A stretch of 64,000 nucleotides of DNA. Source: Catajapyx aquilonaris. Lineage: Eukaryota. Each line of letters opens with the position of its first letter. Position 1 is the stretch's first letter. The DNA lies in NCBI GenBank assembly GCA_000934665.2, contig KZ538288.1:1-64000 (forward strand). The letters are read 5' to 3'. The translations under genes were made by a program, and so were the position numbers. The notes under the pieces were generated by a model. That model was not told where the DNA came from and searched no databases. It saw only the letters and a program-made list of their open reading frames with translations. Shown here one piece after another: positions 38,623 to 51,100 of the stretch.

Positions 38623-41150
38623 TCGGCTTCCGCTGGTGTTTTCACTACTTCACAACAGATGGCGCCACAAGCTGGACGCCACCTGTCGGCCTCATTTTCG
38701 TCCCAAATTCCCGGCCCCGTTTTCCCCGAGAATAAACCCAAGGTGTGCGAGTGTGATTTCAGACGAGTCGGTGTATAGCCAGCTAAGGTATACCAGAGGT
38801 CCGATGGGGATACCTGTAGGCTGCGTACTTATTCATGAGCCTACTACACCTGCCGGTGTCAGCCGTCGCTCCAAATTCGATTAGTTCGTTCGGAGAATGG
38901 GCCTTGCGGGGGTGTCCCGAGGGGTACTCCGTCACTGAACACCGCAAAATGCAACCGACCTGACGTGGAAAGAGGAACCCCGGTTGTATTCTGCGGCTTC
39001 CAGCATGTCCGGTACCAGGTATATCCCAGCATCTGACAGTGCGTTCCGATTTGCGGACGTTTCCAAAACCAAAGTTCTGAGCCGTTCGTCAATTCAGCTG
39101 TGTTTGCAGCCGTCCGACCGAATAATGCGACTCTGCTCTCTCGTGGTGTCGCACTCTACAACCTACTAAACTGCACTCGTGCAGTCTGTCACTGCGTGTA
39201 AGCCTGATTATTCAAGAAATAATACTCCACCGGATTTTTGTCAATGGACTCGGATTGTCAACTGACAGATGTAATTGCCACCAATGGTCAGCATTCCGCG
39301 GTGATCGAATTGAACCTCAAAATAGAGGTTGACAGAAATGATCCGTCAACTGAAATTAATCTAAACGGGACACCGACACCTGCTGAACATCTCTAAGCTT
39401 GCAAACCTGCCAAGTCTGCGCAATTATAATTCAGCCATTACACATTCCCTACCGACATTTCCGACTGAAAATGCAAAAAATTCTCAACATCAATCCACAA
39501 TCGGTACGTGTTCAGAATAACCTCGTTCCAACCCAAAATTGCACAAGTCCCAGAATTACAAGCGAGCAGGGCACAATGGCTTCCAACCCCAGCTCTATAC
39601 CCCTCTCGAATGTGTGCAGGTTTTCTCCGCATATCCAATGAGGGAATGATGATCGAGCTGAATTGAAGTCAATGACTTGATTGACAGCTAATCTGCATGA
39701 TGGGGGGAGGAGGGGGGGTGTAGTTCGCCCCCTTACCCGATATCGTTCCAGAGGGTTGGGTGGACAACCTTTAGTCATCTATACTGGGCTAGATACCACA
39801 AGAATTCATCCAGTCATCAGATCTTGCACTTGTAATAGAACCATTAATATTAATTTGCTGCTTTAATTATGACAACCAGAAGGGTGACCCTCACATTTCT
39901 CATGTCGTGGCTGGAAAGGATCCCTTCCAGCAGGATATACTGTGCAATGTACCACAATATTTTTTTAAAATATTAGCTAATATAAGACACACAAAAAATG
40001 AAAATATCGGGCTTGAATCTTTTTGTAGAATTTTCATCTAAATTTTTATGACTTTTTTGCATCAGGTCCACTTTTCTTACGTCAGAAATTTGTCAGGCCT
40101 CACGCGTTTCGATTTTCACTCCGACGAATCCAGTCTGATATCCCTGGTCAATTCCAAAACGCCTGCAATCACTGTACTTGATAGCGCACACTTTCTTTCG
40201 AGTTGGCCTGGGAACTACGTGTCCTTGCATACATATTCTCCCCGCCAAAAAAAAAAACTCGCAGAAATCGTCGAGGCACTTCGCACCTTTTCCTCCGATC
40301 GACCTTTTAAAAAAAGAAGAAGAAAATTGCGCCGGCTGCTGAAAAGGGAGGATATTATGTGGAAGCCCTCTTTGCAAACTTGGCAGGATCTTTTCTTTTG
40401 CCATCCAAGCAAATCCCATCGAACCAAACGACCCTACCCCCCAAAAAAGAGGATCAAACGTCCCAGGGTTTTTGATTATTTTAGAGCTCCAATGCCAATT
40501 AAGGGCTCCTGAAAATTTCCGCGACAATTTTTTTTTTCTGTGTGTGTCCCAACTACAAAGTGTTGGACGTTCGTTCCCCATGTCCATTTGGGAAGCAGCC
40601 CAGAGCTCCAAAGTGAGGAAAACTTGGAACCAACCTCGGCATGACTGTTACAAAGCTTTGCTCTCTCCCTGCTGCCTCTATCCGTCTAATGTGCAAAATC
40701 GATTCCCCCCTCTCTTGCCAGATACTCACTTTCCACTCCGCATTCAATGTATGGTACAGTTGGGGAGGCCAGGAATGGAAGTGGAGGAAAAGGAGGAGAG
40801 TGCTGTCTTGCCAAGCCTTTATTCCCTGGAGTCCAAGAAAAACGGGCAGCAAAGGCACTTCTGGGCTATTCCTCAACATCCCAGGTCTTGTTTGCACAGA
40901 GGCCTTCCCTGTGTATAGTGCCCCTCAAAATTGGAATGTTTTCCACACTCTCAAACCCGTGTTATTGTTGTCGCAGCCGCCGGCTGAATATATTAAAATA
41001 ACTTTATGGCCCCTCCAGGCACACTGCGATATTGACATACGAGGGTGATAACTGCATGTTTTACGCGAGTTGAATACTACTGTGCTGGGAATCCGCAGCA
41101 TATTCTGCGCCTTTAAGTAAAAATAAACAAATAAATAGTAACTGTAGGTG

Positions 41151-41744
41151 CAGTTGAATGTGGATATAATAACAGACATCAAGGGACCGCGGAAAAAGTA
41201 TGCTATAGCCAAATCGCCACTTCTGCAACGAATACACCAAATTTTCTCATTTCCATATGCTTATAATCCACACCACTGCATACTGGTTAAAATAATATAA
41301 TATCCACAAAATGTGAAATTTGCTCATCCGTAAATTACGCAGGACAACAAAAAAAAATCTGCCTTGTTGTTGCCAAATGTACTGTAGGCCTATACGTACT
41401 GGGAAAAATTATTTTGACCTTTTCGATAAGTGTTTACATCAGTGACAGATGCGAAAATCACTCCCTCTCCAGTATGCAGTGCTTTCCTCGCATGGGAAAG
41501 GAAGATAAGCAATCAAAAACAGCATATTTGATTTGCCCATGGTCTGTTATAGCCGAGATGAGTTGAAATTAGTGTTATATCAGGAGGAAAATACAGCACA
41601 TATGGAAGCCTTTCGAGCATGGGGAACGCGTCCCCACAAAAGGGTTATGCCCTCGAAAGGGGCTTCATAATAAATAAATAATAAATAAATAAAATATAAC
41701 CGAACGTCAGTTATAGTCGAGGCTGTTATATCCGGATTCAACTG
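41151..41744. mobile_element. pogo/Tigger-like MITE copy containing a short retro-tail insertion
   Basis: cagttgaatgtggatataat ... gttatatccggattcaactg|TA. It is colinear with 4011-4715 and shows the empty Sola site (gttatatcag). Confidence 0.75.
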
Positions 41745-42406
41745 TAACGACTAATATACCAATAAATAAATAAACCGAATCATAACCAGCTGTTATTTTT
41801 AATCAGTTTTCTAATACTTCGATGGAATTGTTAGCAACATCAACCACACATTCTTGCAGGTAAACACAAAGACTATTGGAAAACTTCTAAAGCTATACTT
41901 AACAAGAAGCAACCACAAGTCATTGTTGTTTCATTCCTGTGTTGGAAGTCTCAAAACCGACGCCTTAACTTTTAGGAGCTCAGACCGTAAAACCCAAACT
42001 AATTATGTGTGGGGGTTTGTTGCACCAAGACTCCCAAAATCCCTCTTAGCACCCACAATGGTTGTCCTGGGTGCAACGCATTAATCCGGGTTGAATAAGT
42101 GACAGTTTTGCGTGACTTGAATTAGTCATTATTAAGTACTTTGCCAAGCCGGCAACGCGTGCGGGCGTAAATTCCGCAAATAATGCAAAGTAGGTGAGAG
42201 CCAAAAAATTTACTATCAATCCTCTCTGTATGTAGGTGAATGACATTATTCAAAAAACACACAAAATCGCACCTTGTCCACAGTCATTAAACCACAGAAG
42301 ACTATACCATCAATTTTAATTTCTTAATTCAATGTGGCACCCAGGAGGCCACACCCAGTTAACCCAGTTCCTTGAGTGCAAAATTACTTAAGCGTTACAT
42401 CTCAAA

Positions 42407-42590
42407 AAATTCGTGGGTTGCATTTTTATACCCGATATCGCCTGATAGTAGGTATATATTTTTTGTAGCTTGTTGTGCCCCTAACCATGTGCCCCATTCC
42501 ATATCAACTGCTACATTCGACTCCCTAAAAATAACTACTATCAGGCGATATCAGTTACAAAAAAACAACCCACGAATTTGGACCACCCTG
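42407..42590. mobile_element. Tc1/mariner-like MITE with the left outer terminus lost
   Basis: Inverted arms aaattcgtgggttg...gatatcgcctgatagtag / ctactatcaggcgatatc...caacccacgaattt; right end ggaccaccctg|TA. Confidence 0.7.
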
Positions 42591-43826
42591 TATATTGCAG
42601 CAGGAGTGCACACTTTTGTGTTAGACTGTTGCTATTTAAAATTTAATTTAAATTCATAATTTATTTGCATATTGCTTGAAACATCCACCTTATGTCTCAT
42701 TAATTAAAATATCATGTACTTGCTATAATTACAAGCTCCCTGAATTCACATTTGCTGCAGTAGCAAAAAAAATATATATATACAAGCGCAAAGGTCGCCT
42801 AATCCCCAGGACAATCCCGATTAAATCTCGCTCTCCTGCCATATACACTTTTCTGCCAGGAAAATTGCAACAACCCTAACACGTGAGACCAAGTGTGAAA
42901 TTATCAGGCCTGTTCCGTGATACAGTACAAAGGCTCACTTAATCATTTATGACTTTTCAACCCTCCCCAACTATACACCTTTGCTCTATTTCCGAGAGAG
43001 AGAGAAAAAAAAAGGTGCTGCACTTGCCCGGATAATAGGTTGTTCTGCCCGGAGGAATATAAATCTCCTCCAGGTTGAGATCCTGAGGGATAATGGTTTC
43101 ACTTTTAAAGGGGGAAACTGTGAAAGATGCAATTGGATTATTCGTCACGCACATTTTTTTTTTTCTTCTGAACCAAATGGGGTAACCCCCCCTGTGGTCA
43201 ATACTGTACTTCAGCTCCAGAAATTTATGCTTCACATTACTTACCATAATAATGCGATAACCATTACTTGTCTGATTCGCTCCCAATCCCCCATTTGCCT
43301 TGTCACGATCGGCCACAAACCAATACAGGAGACAAATTGTAACCCAAGTTCATAGAAAAAGAAAGGCCATTCGCAAAAACAACAAAAAAATTCGGGTCCG
43401 TCTCGAATCGACCCGGGCCAAATGCTGATGATAATATATATAAAAAGTCGGTGTAGTGACCGATAAATTATGGTTTGAAATGCAGTCGCAGCCAGACGCT
43501 GTTGGCAAACACTCAAGATGGCCCATCCAGAACAAACGCACGTTTCCTGTGTTTGAAGCCTTCTAAATCGCTTCTATATCTGAACAACTGGCCGCGCGAC
43601 CACACGTTTTCTATATGGAATGTTATGCTGAATAATCAACTGGGATTGAGTTGATACAAATTTTTTTTTGCAAACTTTTCCACCAGTATGTAAAGCCTTT
43701 GTGGTGTGTTTTGCAGTCAGTGGAATAGCAAAGATGAGACCAGATTTTATCATCAAAGCTAATGCAAATGGCAGTTTTTACTAGATTTGAAGCACATGTA
43801 ACATATGCAGAACCAACTCACATTAA

Positions 43827-43934
43827 CCCAGGCATGCCTGACACTTCTACAGCTGTTAGATTTGTCGTTATATGCTCGTCATTTGCTTAAAAATATTTAA
43901 AAATTAAGCAACAAATAATTCAGGCATATCTGGG
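43827..43934. mobile_element. piggyBac-like mini-MITE (other copies at 28021-28118 and a partial copy at ~30860-30908)
   Basis: TTAA|cccaggcatgcctga ... tcaggcatatctggg|TTGA. The copy at 28021-28118 ends ggcatatctggg|TTAA. Confidence 0.6.
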
Positions 43935-46900
43935 TTGAGAACATATCGCTGATAATGTAGTGTGAATATGCAGTACATTTCAAGTATGCAACATCACGTA
44001 ATTATAAGCACCTTGGGTCATAACGATTGCGCCAGTGAGCGACATCAAATCCGACAATTGAATCATGTCTATGGCTTGCTATACATCTGACTTCAGAGGA
44101 TGAGTTATGCCTATTTGATGAGCATGTTCCTCGATGCATAGCTGAGCCCAATTACCAGTGCGCTGAATGGAGAATAGAGAAATTGCACATGAAACCAAGT
44201 GGTAGTAATCGCTCTCTGCGAATTCGCTTCCGTCCAGCAAAAAAAAAATAATATTAAATTCCACATAACTTTGAAGCAGATGACCGCCTAAAAGAATGGG
44301 AGGGATCATAGCTCAGATTATTTTTTTCGAGTCCATATTGTACATCATACATGACCTGCACTTAGCAAAGGTCATAAAGGAGCTTCGAGAACGGGGAAAA
44401 AAAACCCACGTCATATGCTCCACATGTTCGGTCCCCAACAGTCGCAGTCACTGGGCTTGAATCCGAACATTTTACTCGCGCCTGACTGCATCGTAACGCT
44501 GATGCTTTGCACGTATATACGAGGCTAGAGTATGTTTTGCCATGCACTTATTGGTTTGGATAAACGTTATTATAGAAGCGAATTGAGCGGACCCAATTGC
44601 TCGTTAACTTATAGCTACAGGTGTTTTTTTTTTCCTGCAAATTTTTCATCGCTATTTTCAGTACATGCAACCGCGCCCTACACAGTTCATCGGCTTATAT
44701 GACTAGCCCAAAATTCTATTAATCTCGCTTCAATTCACGCCGAGAACAAAACCTTAATCCCAGCTGCTAATGACGCCTCATTCTTTACCTCCATTAACCG
44801 GGCGGTACAGGTAATACGTGATAACCGAAACAATTAGCCAGGTAAATCAATGCTTCTATATCATCGGAAGTAGGTGTTACGATATTAACAATGGTGCTCA
44901 GCAATTTTTCTCCCCAGGCTATAGGGGAAGCAAATTACTCTTTATTTCCAGGGGAAAAAATACAATATTCTCCCCCCCCCCTTCCCCCCCTTTGTCAGAT
45001 TAGAACCCGGACGTCCTGATTGTTCGTCGCCTGATTATTGGACTCAAGTCGATTATCGTAACACGCACAAAGAACCTTGAACCGCTTACTGCTCAAATAA
45101 AGTCCAACAGAAGAGGGGGGGAGGGTTCTTGGCTTTTAATTTTCCACTTGAAACTGCTTCCCAGACGCCACTCGGCCTCGTCAAATGTCATGCAATTCGG
45201 GCTCCGTCAAGGGGGTTGTTCAAACGCAAATTTTCTCGCCGCCATTCACTTTTACTGAGGGGCTTGTTTGGTTCCTTCGGTAATTACTTGGGGAAGTCCC
45301 TGGATAAATGCGATAAGATCAAATTTCCTCCTTTTCTTCCTTGTACGTACAAAAAAAAATAAAGAGCACATGATTTTTCGCGCCTGGATCAGTGCTCAAT
45401 AAATTATTTGAAGTGTTTTAATTTCGACTCTTTACACTTGGAAGTTTAACACACAATAGTGACTGCTGGTTAAATGTCTTTAAAGGACAGTTTATACATC
45501 ACCTCAAGGCAGAAATTACTGTGTATCAAAATTTTACCAGCATTCTGAATCGACTCATTAAAAAAAAATATGTTTTAGTAATATTTTCGCCCAAATTGAT
45601 TACTCGAAGAATTGACTGATTAAGTCAATTAAACACAGTGGCGGAAAACCTGATCAAAAGGTTGGTGAAACATTCCTAAGTCCTCGGTTGAATAATGGCA
45701 ATTCAGTGATCAAAATCAGCAAATAATGGTCCATGATAGCTGCCAGCCCAGATATGTCCCCAGCACCTATATTTTCTGAGCTGTCCATCGAATCAGTTCT
45801 TTTTTTGATTAATGCCGCCGACCTCTATGTCATTCGTCTACGCCATAATTAGCATTGTGTCACACAAGAAAGATGCAAATTGTGGCCGCCATTTTCTAGG
45901 CAATTAACTCGCATTAGAGGCAGGTGTCAGTTAGTCAATTCAGGCAATAAGCCTCCCCTCATACATAATGCGAAGTTATTATAGGCGTGTTCGCACAATC
46001 TACCGGGAGACAATATTGGCTGTTACATACGTAAGTGATCAGTGTTTAAATATCACGTGGGGTTTAATCAATTATTCAACACTGCTGTTCGTCATCCTCA
46101 TAACTGCATGCAATAGGTCCCTGTACAGCAATCACCCACGACTAAGTGAAACCTCTCTTCCTACAACTATAGATGATGTCCACTTGACACCTGCGACGTA
46201 AAAGCAAAACTCCTTCAATGGACGTCACTTCTTTTGATAGCCATTGTTTCAATCTATTGAAGCAATCACGCTCAGGTTTCATAATGAGTGACGTATAATT
46301 AGGACGTAATGTTAGGTATCAGTGCCAATTTTTTATACATCATGTATATAGTAACGGTGGATGGAACTCAATTTTGAGAATCGAATACTGTTCACTAAAA
46401 CCTGAATTTAGCGAAGTTGATGAGGTTTTCCCATTTTATTATTCATGCATGAGAGAATAAACACGAATCAATACACCCACACAACTGACATGCGTGCCAG
46501 AAATGTACAGACATACGTAAGGTTCATTATCCGTTGGCCTGAACGGATTTTTTAAATTATCTGCTTGAAATTAATTAACGGCCCGAGTTAAGCAGTGTAA
46601 TACACTGTACTGGAATTCATTATTCCGGAACATGTAAGCCTACACGACAGACCATGAGTCACCAAGATATTAAAATAATCACAGACGTTACCTCGACCTT
46701 TTTTTTCCATCTTACAACAATGAAAATTACCTGCAATAATACAAACTCAACCGGAATTATCTCCTTTTTTTTTACACAGATAAAACGACCTTGTGACCCA
46801 AAACTCTCACGCCTTTCGCCCCCAAACACTCAACTTGTTTGTTCCCCCCTAAGACGCTGTCAACAATCCGACCATCCAACCGCACCGGTCACACTGACAT

Positions 46901-47919
46901 CTTGATGTTCCCATTCTGCCCTCCCCCCATCATCCTTCCTCCCATTCCATTAAGCAGAAGAAGTTTAAGGACGAAGAGAGAGAAAAAAAAGTTCCAACGT
47001 TGCACGAGCCCAAGAAAATGAAAGAAGTCACTCTCGTGATAATCATCCTTCAACGCTTCAACTCAAGTCGAAATTCGTCTCCCTCCCGCCTTTATAAGGT
47101 GATTAGATCAATATCACGAGTTATAAAGAAGGTAGAAGTTAGTTTCCTAGTCTCCCCCCATCTTCTTAGCCACCCCACCCACCTCCAGGCTAAAGACCCC
47201 CACTTTCCGACTTCAGGAAGAACCACATTCCTTTCCTAGGCAAGGAAGGAAAAATTGATTTCCCCCTTTACAATTCCCAAGACCCTGCAGGGTGGAAGCA
47301 ACTGCCAAAAAAATACATCCCACCCCCCCACCCCAAAAAAAAGGTGGCAAGTACGATCAATGCTGTACATTTGGAGGAGGCTGCAACTGGGGAATCATTG
47401 TGCTACACTTACTTCATCTATGATTCAGTAGGCCAGAAGAAGTGCCTGCCTGAAGCATCGTGATCAATATGGTGGAATCCTTGCAGCTGCGTCCCCAGTA
47501 CTATATATACTCAGGGATCGTAATTTGAAAAATATGCAAAAGGTTAGGCTCTTTGGAAGGCACGTGCACACACTACCTGTTTATATGCGCATAATATCGT
47601 GGGGGCAGGGGGGAGGATAATTATAGTGCGAGCCTCATGGTTTATGGATCCAAATTCGGGTGTCACTAATGCGAGTTTAATCCGATCGATTGTGGTAGGT
47701 TTTTAGCCCCGATTAAAATGAGTTCAAAAATTATTAATCACATATTTTGTTCGCGTCAGCGACGGATCGCAGATAAATTAGGGGAGATCTCGTTACGGGC
47801 ACGGTTTTTCTGTTGAAGCTCGGTTAAGAGGTGACTAGAGGCCAAATCGGCTAATTTAAATATTTTTTAAAAAAAACATTGTGTAACTTTCAAGCTCCGT
47901 TTAAAACCGTGTGATGTCA

Positions 47920-48110
47920 CTTAAATGAAATATCACTTCCAGGATAATATTTACTACAGTAATCTATCATATTAAAATCCTTCGTTGTCTGACCGAGGCT
48001 TCTCATTGGCCCGCCACATATTATTTGCGCGGCGCTTCCGATTGGTCCTCGTTCTGCGCCTGCGTAATGGGGAGATGCAGCGCCTCTGGTGGATGGGAGG
48101 AGGAACTAGT
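47920..48110 (-). promoter_or_regulatory. Candidate promoter (two CCAAT boxes, E2F-like, NRF1-like and CTCF-like motifs)
   Basis: ATTGG at 48005 and 48041, TTTGCGCGGC at 48024, TGCGCCTGCG at 48055 and GCGCCTCTGGTGG at ~48080, in a local CpG/GC peak within AT-rich DNA. A strong minus-strand donor GAA|gtaagt lies at 47412/47413. The strand is inferred. Confidence 0.5.
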
Positions 48111-51100
48111 TAATTTAAGTATTAATTTAGTATGATTTTTTTAAAGGTGTTCCTAACTGTATTTGGTTTTAAATATATTCTCTCTGAGTATGGAAAACCT
48201 AGCCTTGAAAGTTGAGAATTTGCACGCAAAAAACGCATAGTAGCCATCCATAATTTTAATTTCAATTTTTCTAACAATAGATGTTGGCCAATTTTATGAT
48301 CGTCGCATATTGTTCACGAACAATAATTCAAATGCATTTTAAAACGCATGATTCCACACTGAGGCGTTGGCACATAGTTCAGATTAAGTTTATTGCTTCT
48401 TCTAAGAAATATACATTTTATATTTCAACTTTATACTAAACAGGGAGAATATCACGTACATTTTACTTGTCATCTACCATTCTACCTTGACGCTTTAAAT
48501 TTTAAAAAAATTCAAACAGTAGTCCCGCCAATCCTCCTCCTTTCGCTCAAAAATTTTTAAAAACTACTTTCACGACGTGACTCAGAAAAGCATTACTGTA
48601 CAAAATTATATAACATGTTAGATAGCCTACATTTCCATGGCAGTTAACCTGTAAGTTATCATCTGTCTTCGGGCCCAAATATGAAATGCTCGTTATTGTA
48701 ATGTGACTGACCGGAAGATCTGATCACGGTTCAAACAGGAATGTAACGCAACTTTCAGCTCCAAAAAAAAAAAAAAACTTCTCCGATTTTTTTCTATACA
48801 TCACGTCCAAACAACCCTAAGTTCAAACACGCCACTGTTTTCAGGGCACGGTTGCCATTTTGAGCGTTGGTCCGGGGCTAGGAAAAGTGACAAGTTGATC
48901 AATTCCAGGGTCCTCCGGAGCAAACACCCGGTTCTGATTCTGCGCTGAAGAACCTTCCAAGTTCCTGAAGAGCTCTTTCCCATTTTATTGCTTCTGGCTA
49001 TACCCTTCAAATTTGCAACAAATTTTCACATGGCACGCTAATTTGCGGATGGGTTTCTGCAAATAAAAAAATTTCGTCGTGGCCATCCTAATTAGGAATA
49101 ACACACTGTTTAATTAACGGGTATTTTTTGCCGCATGTTGGTTTCAAATTAGCGACAGACTCATATTGCAGCATCGCTTGATGGCATTCCGGACATTCCT
49201 TCATGCCCTTATCCGTCCAGGGTCACTTAGGACGATGTCACGCCCATTTTTTTATTAGGTGGTGAGCTCACTGCTGATCTTGACCTATACCTGGGCATCA
49301 AATATTATTTACTAAACAGCACTAATGGGAATCGTCGCAAATTATTAGCATGAGAGTCTGATCAGGTTAAGAGCTCAGTTCCGGCTTCCTTACTAAAAAT
49401 GGTCGAACAAAGCGAATGACTTTTTTTTCCACTATCGATTTATTGAGCACTCGAAAAAGTATTGCCAGCTGCTTCCAATTTGCGGGTTCCTTATATTACA
49501 GTTAAAATCTCGCACATAAATCGTGGGAGGGTCGGCCCAACAGGGAAGCGCAAGTGTGTAACACTTTGAGTAATCACATGTTTGGCTTTCTATATATGCA
49601 CATGATGTCGAAAATGTATTTACAAAGTGCGGCGCAATTTTTGTGATTATATTTGGCAAGAAAATTACGCAAAAATTGATGTAATCGACATTCTTTGGCT
49701 GCATTCGAAATTTGCCATTAATATATTAATTAAAATATATGCACACACCTCTTCATATGTTTCACCTCGGTCAGATCGTGAGACTGACCGCACTATAATC
49801 CACACTAGCGGTCAACTCTTGTCCCACACAGTGCTCCATTCCGGATCAATCGTTGGGGGTGATTTGCATCTCTCAACTGCAAATGCACCCCCGATACGAG
49901 CTCTGCTCATGACCACATGTAACGTCGTGTGCCCCCAACCCATGCATAATCTGGTCTGACATTACAACACCTACTATGACAAGGTATGCATATGCACACA
50001 CAAAAAATACAGGGCGTAACTCACACTCTTATGCTTTCCCTTGAAATTCACACCCTTCAGCTCATGCATAATATTGTGCTTTCATTTTCAAAGTGCTCAT
50101 GACGATATCGAGTGAATCCAGGCAATTCCTTTATCTCGTGTTTGCTATACCCGGAGATTATGCCCCGATTTCAGCAACAAACAAGACCGGATCCACTTCA
50201 GCTGGCTTAACTCCTTGTTTACCCCCAATTACTGGAGTAAACAAAATTGACCGTTATCTGTACTAAATCCTCGCATATCATCACTCTACAGGCAAAAAGA
50301 TGAAGACTCTAGTGTTTCCCAGTGTTTGGTCTACAACGCTGCTTAAGCAGTTACCAAATGTTAGCTGTTATTAACTAATAGCAGCCTGTTGCCAATTTTT
50401 TTGTCCCACACAATACCTGTTTCTAATATCGCACATCTGGGTCCAGGTGACATTCCAGTGTCGCTTGTCCCACGTAGATTATTTTTTTATGTGTGTATGT
50501 GCAACCACCCACCTTCGGCATCCCCACCTCCCCACCCCCTGAGCCTATCCGGTCTTTTTCCCTCCCCCTTTTCCCGTCCCTCTTACCCACCTCTCCAATG
50601 GGTCAACGGCCCCTTGCTAGACACCACTGCCTTTACCAGCAGACAAGACTACTACTTGACGGTGCCTCTTTCTTCACAATATTATTCCTACGGATGAGAC
50701 CTACCCCGTGTTATTTGGCGACGCAAAATAAACGACCGATTCGCTCCCAAAATTTCGTGGTAGCTAGCCGTACATTAATCAGAAAATGCGTGCACGCACT
50801 TTGCAAAATTGCTTCATAACACGTGATGAGTATGTGAGCTCAATAATTCCTAACCCAACATAATTTCTATAGAAAATTATTCTGCTGCTGCAACGTTTAA
50901 CACCCAACGCTTGTTTCCAAATTAAAATGTCACTCCCAATCGCCATTAGATTTAAATCCAAATAATGCGCAGCCATTCACCACCCCAACATACTGCACTT
51001 ACTGTTATGCAGTTTCCAAAACCAGTTAGGCCGCTTTTATACCCTGCAATTTCTATACACTGCGCCAAAATTAATTACGCCGACAATGAGTAGAGAACCC

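Noticed and set aside
39150..39172. Partial let-7 complement (tacaacctacta); also a partial miR-277-like string near 59660
   Set aside because: The seeds do not match and there is no precursor hairpin. No conserved miRNA was recognised in the window.
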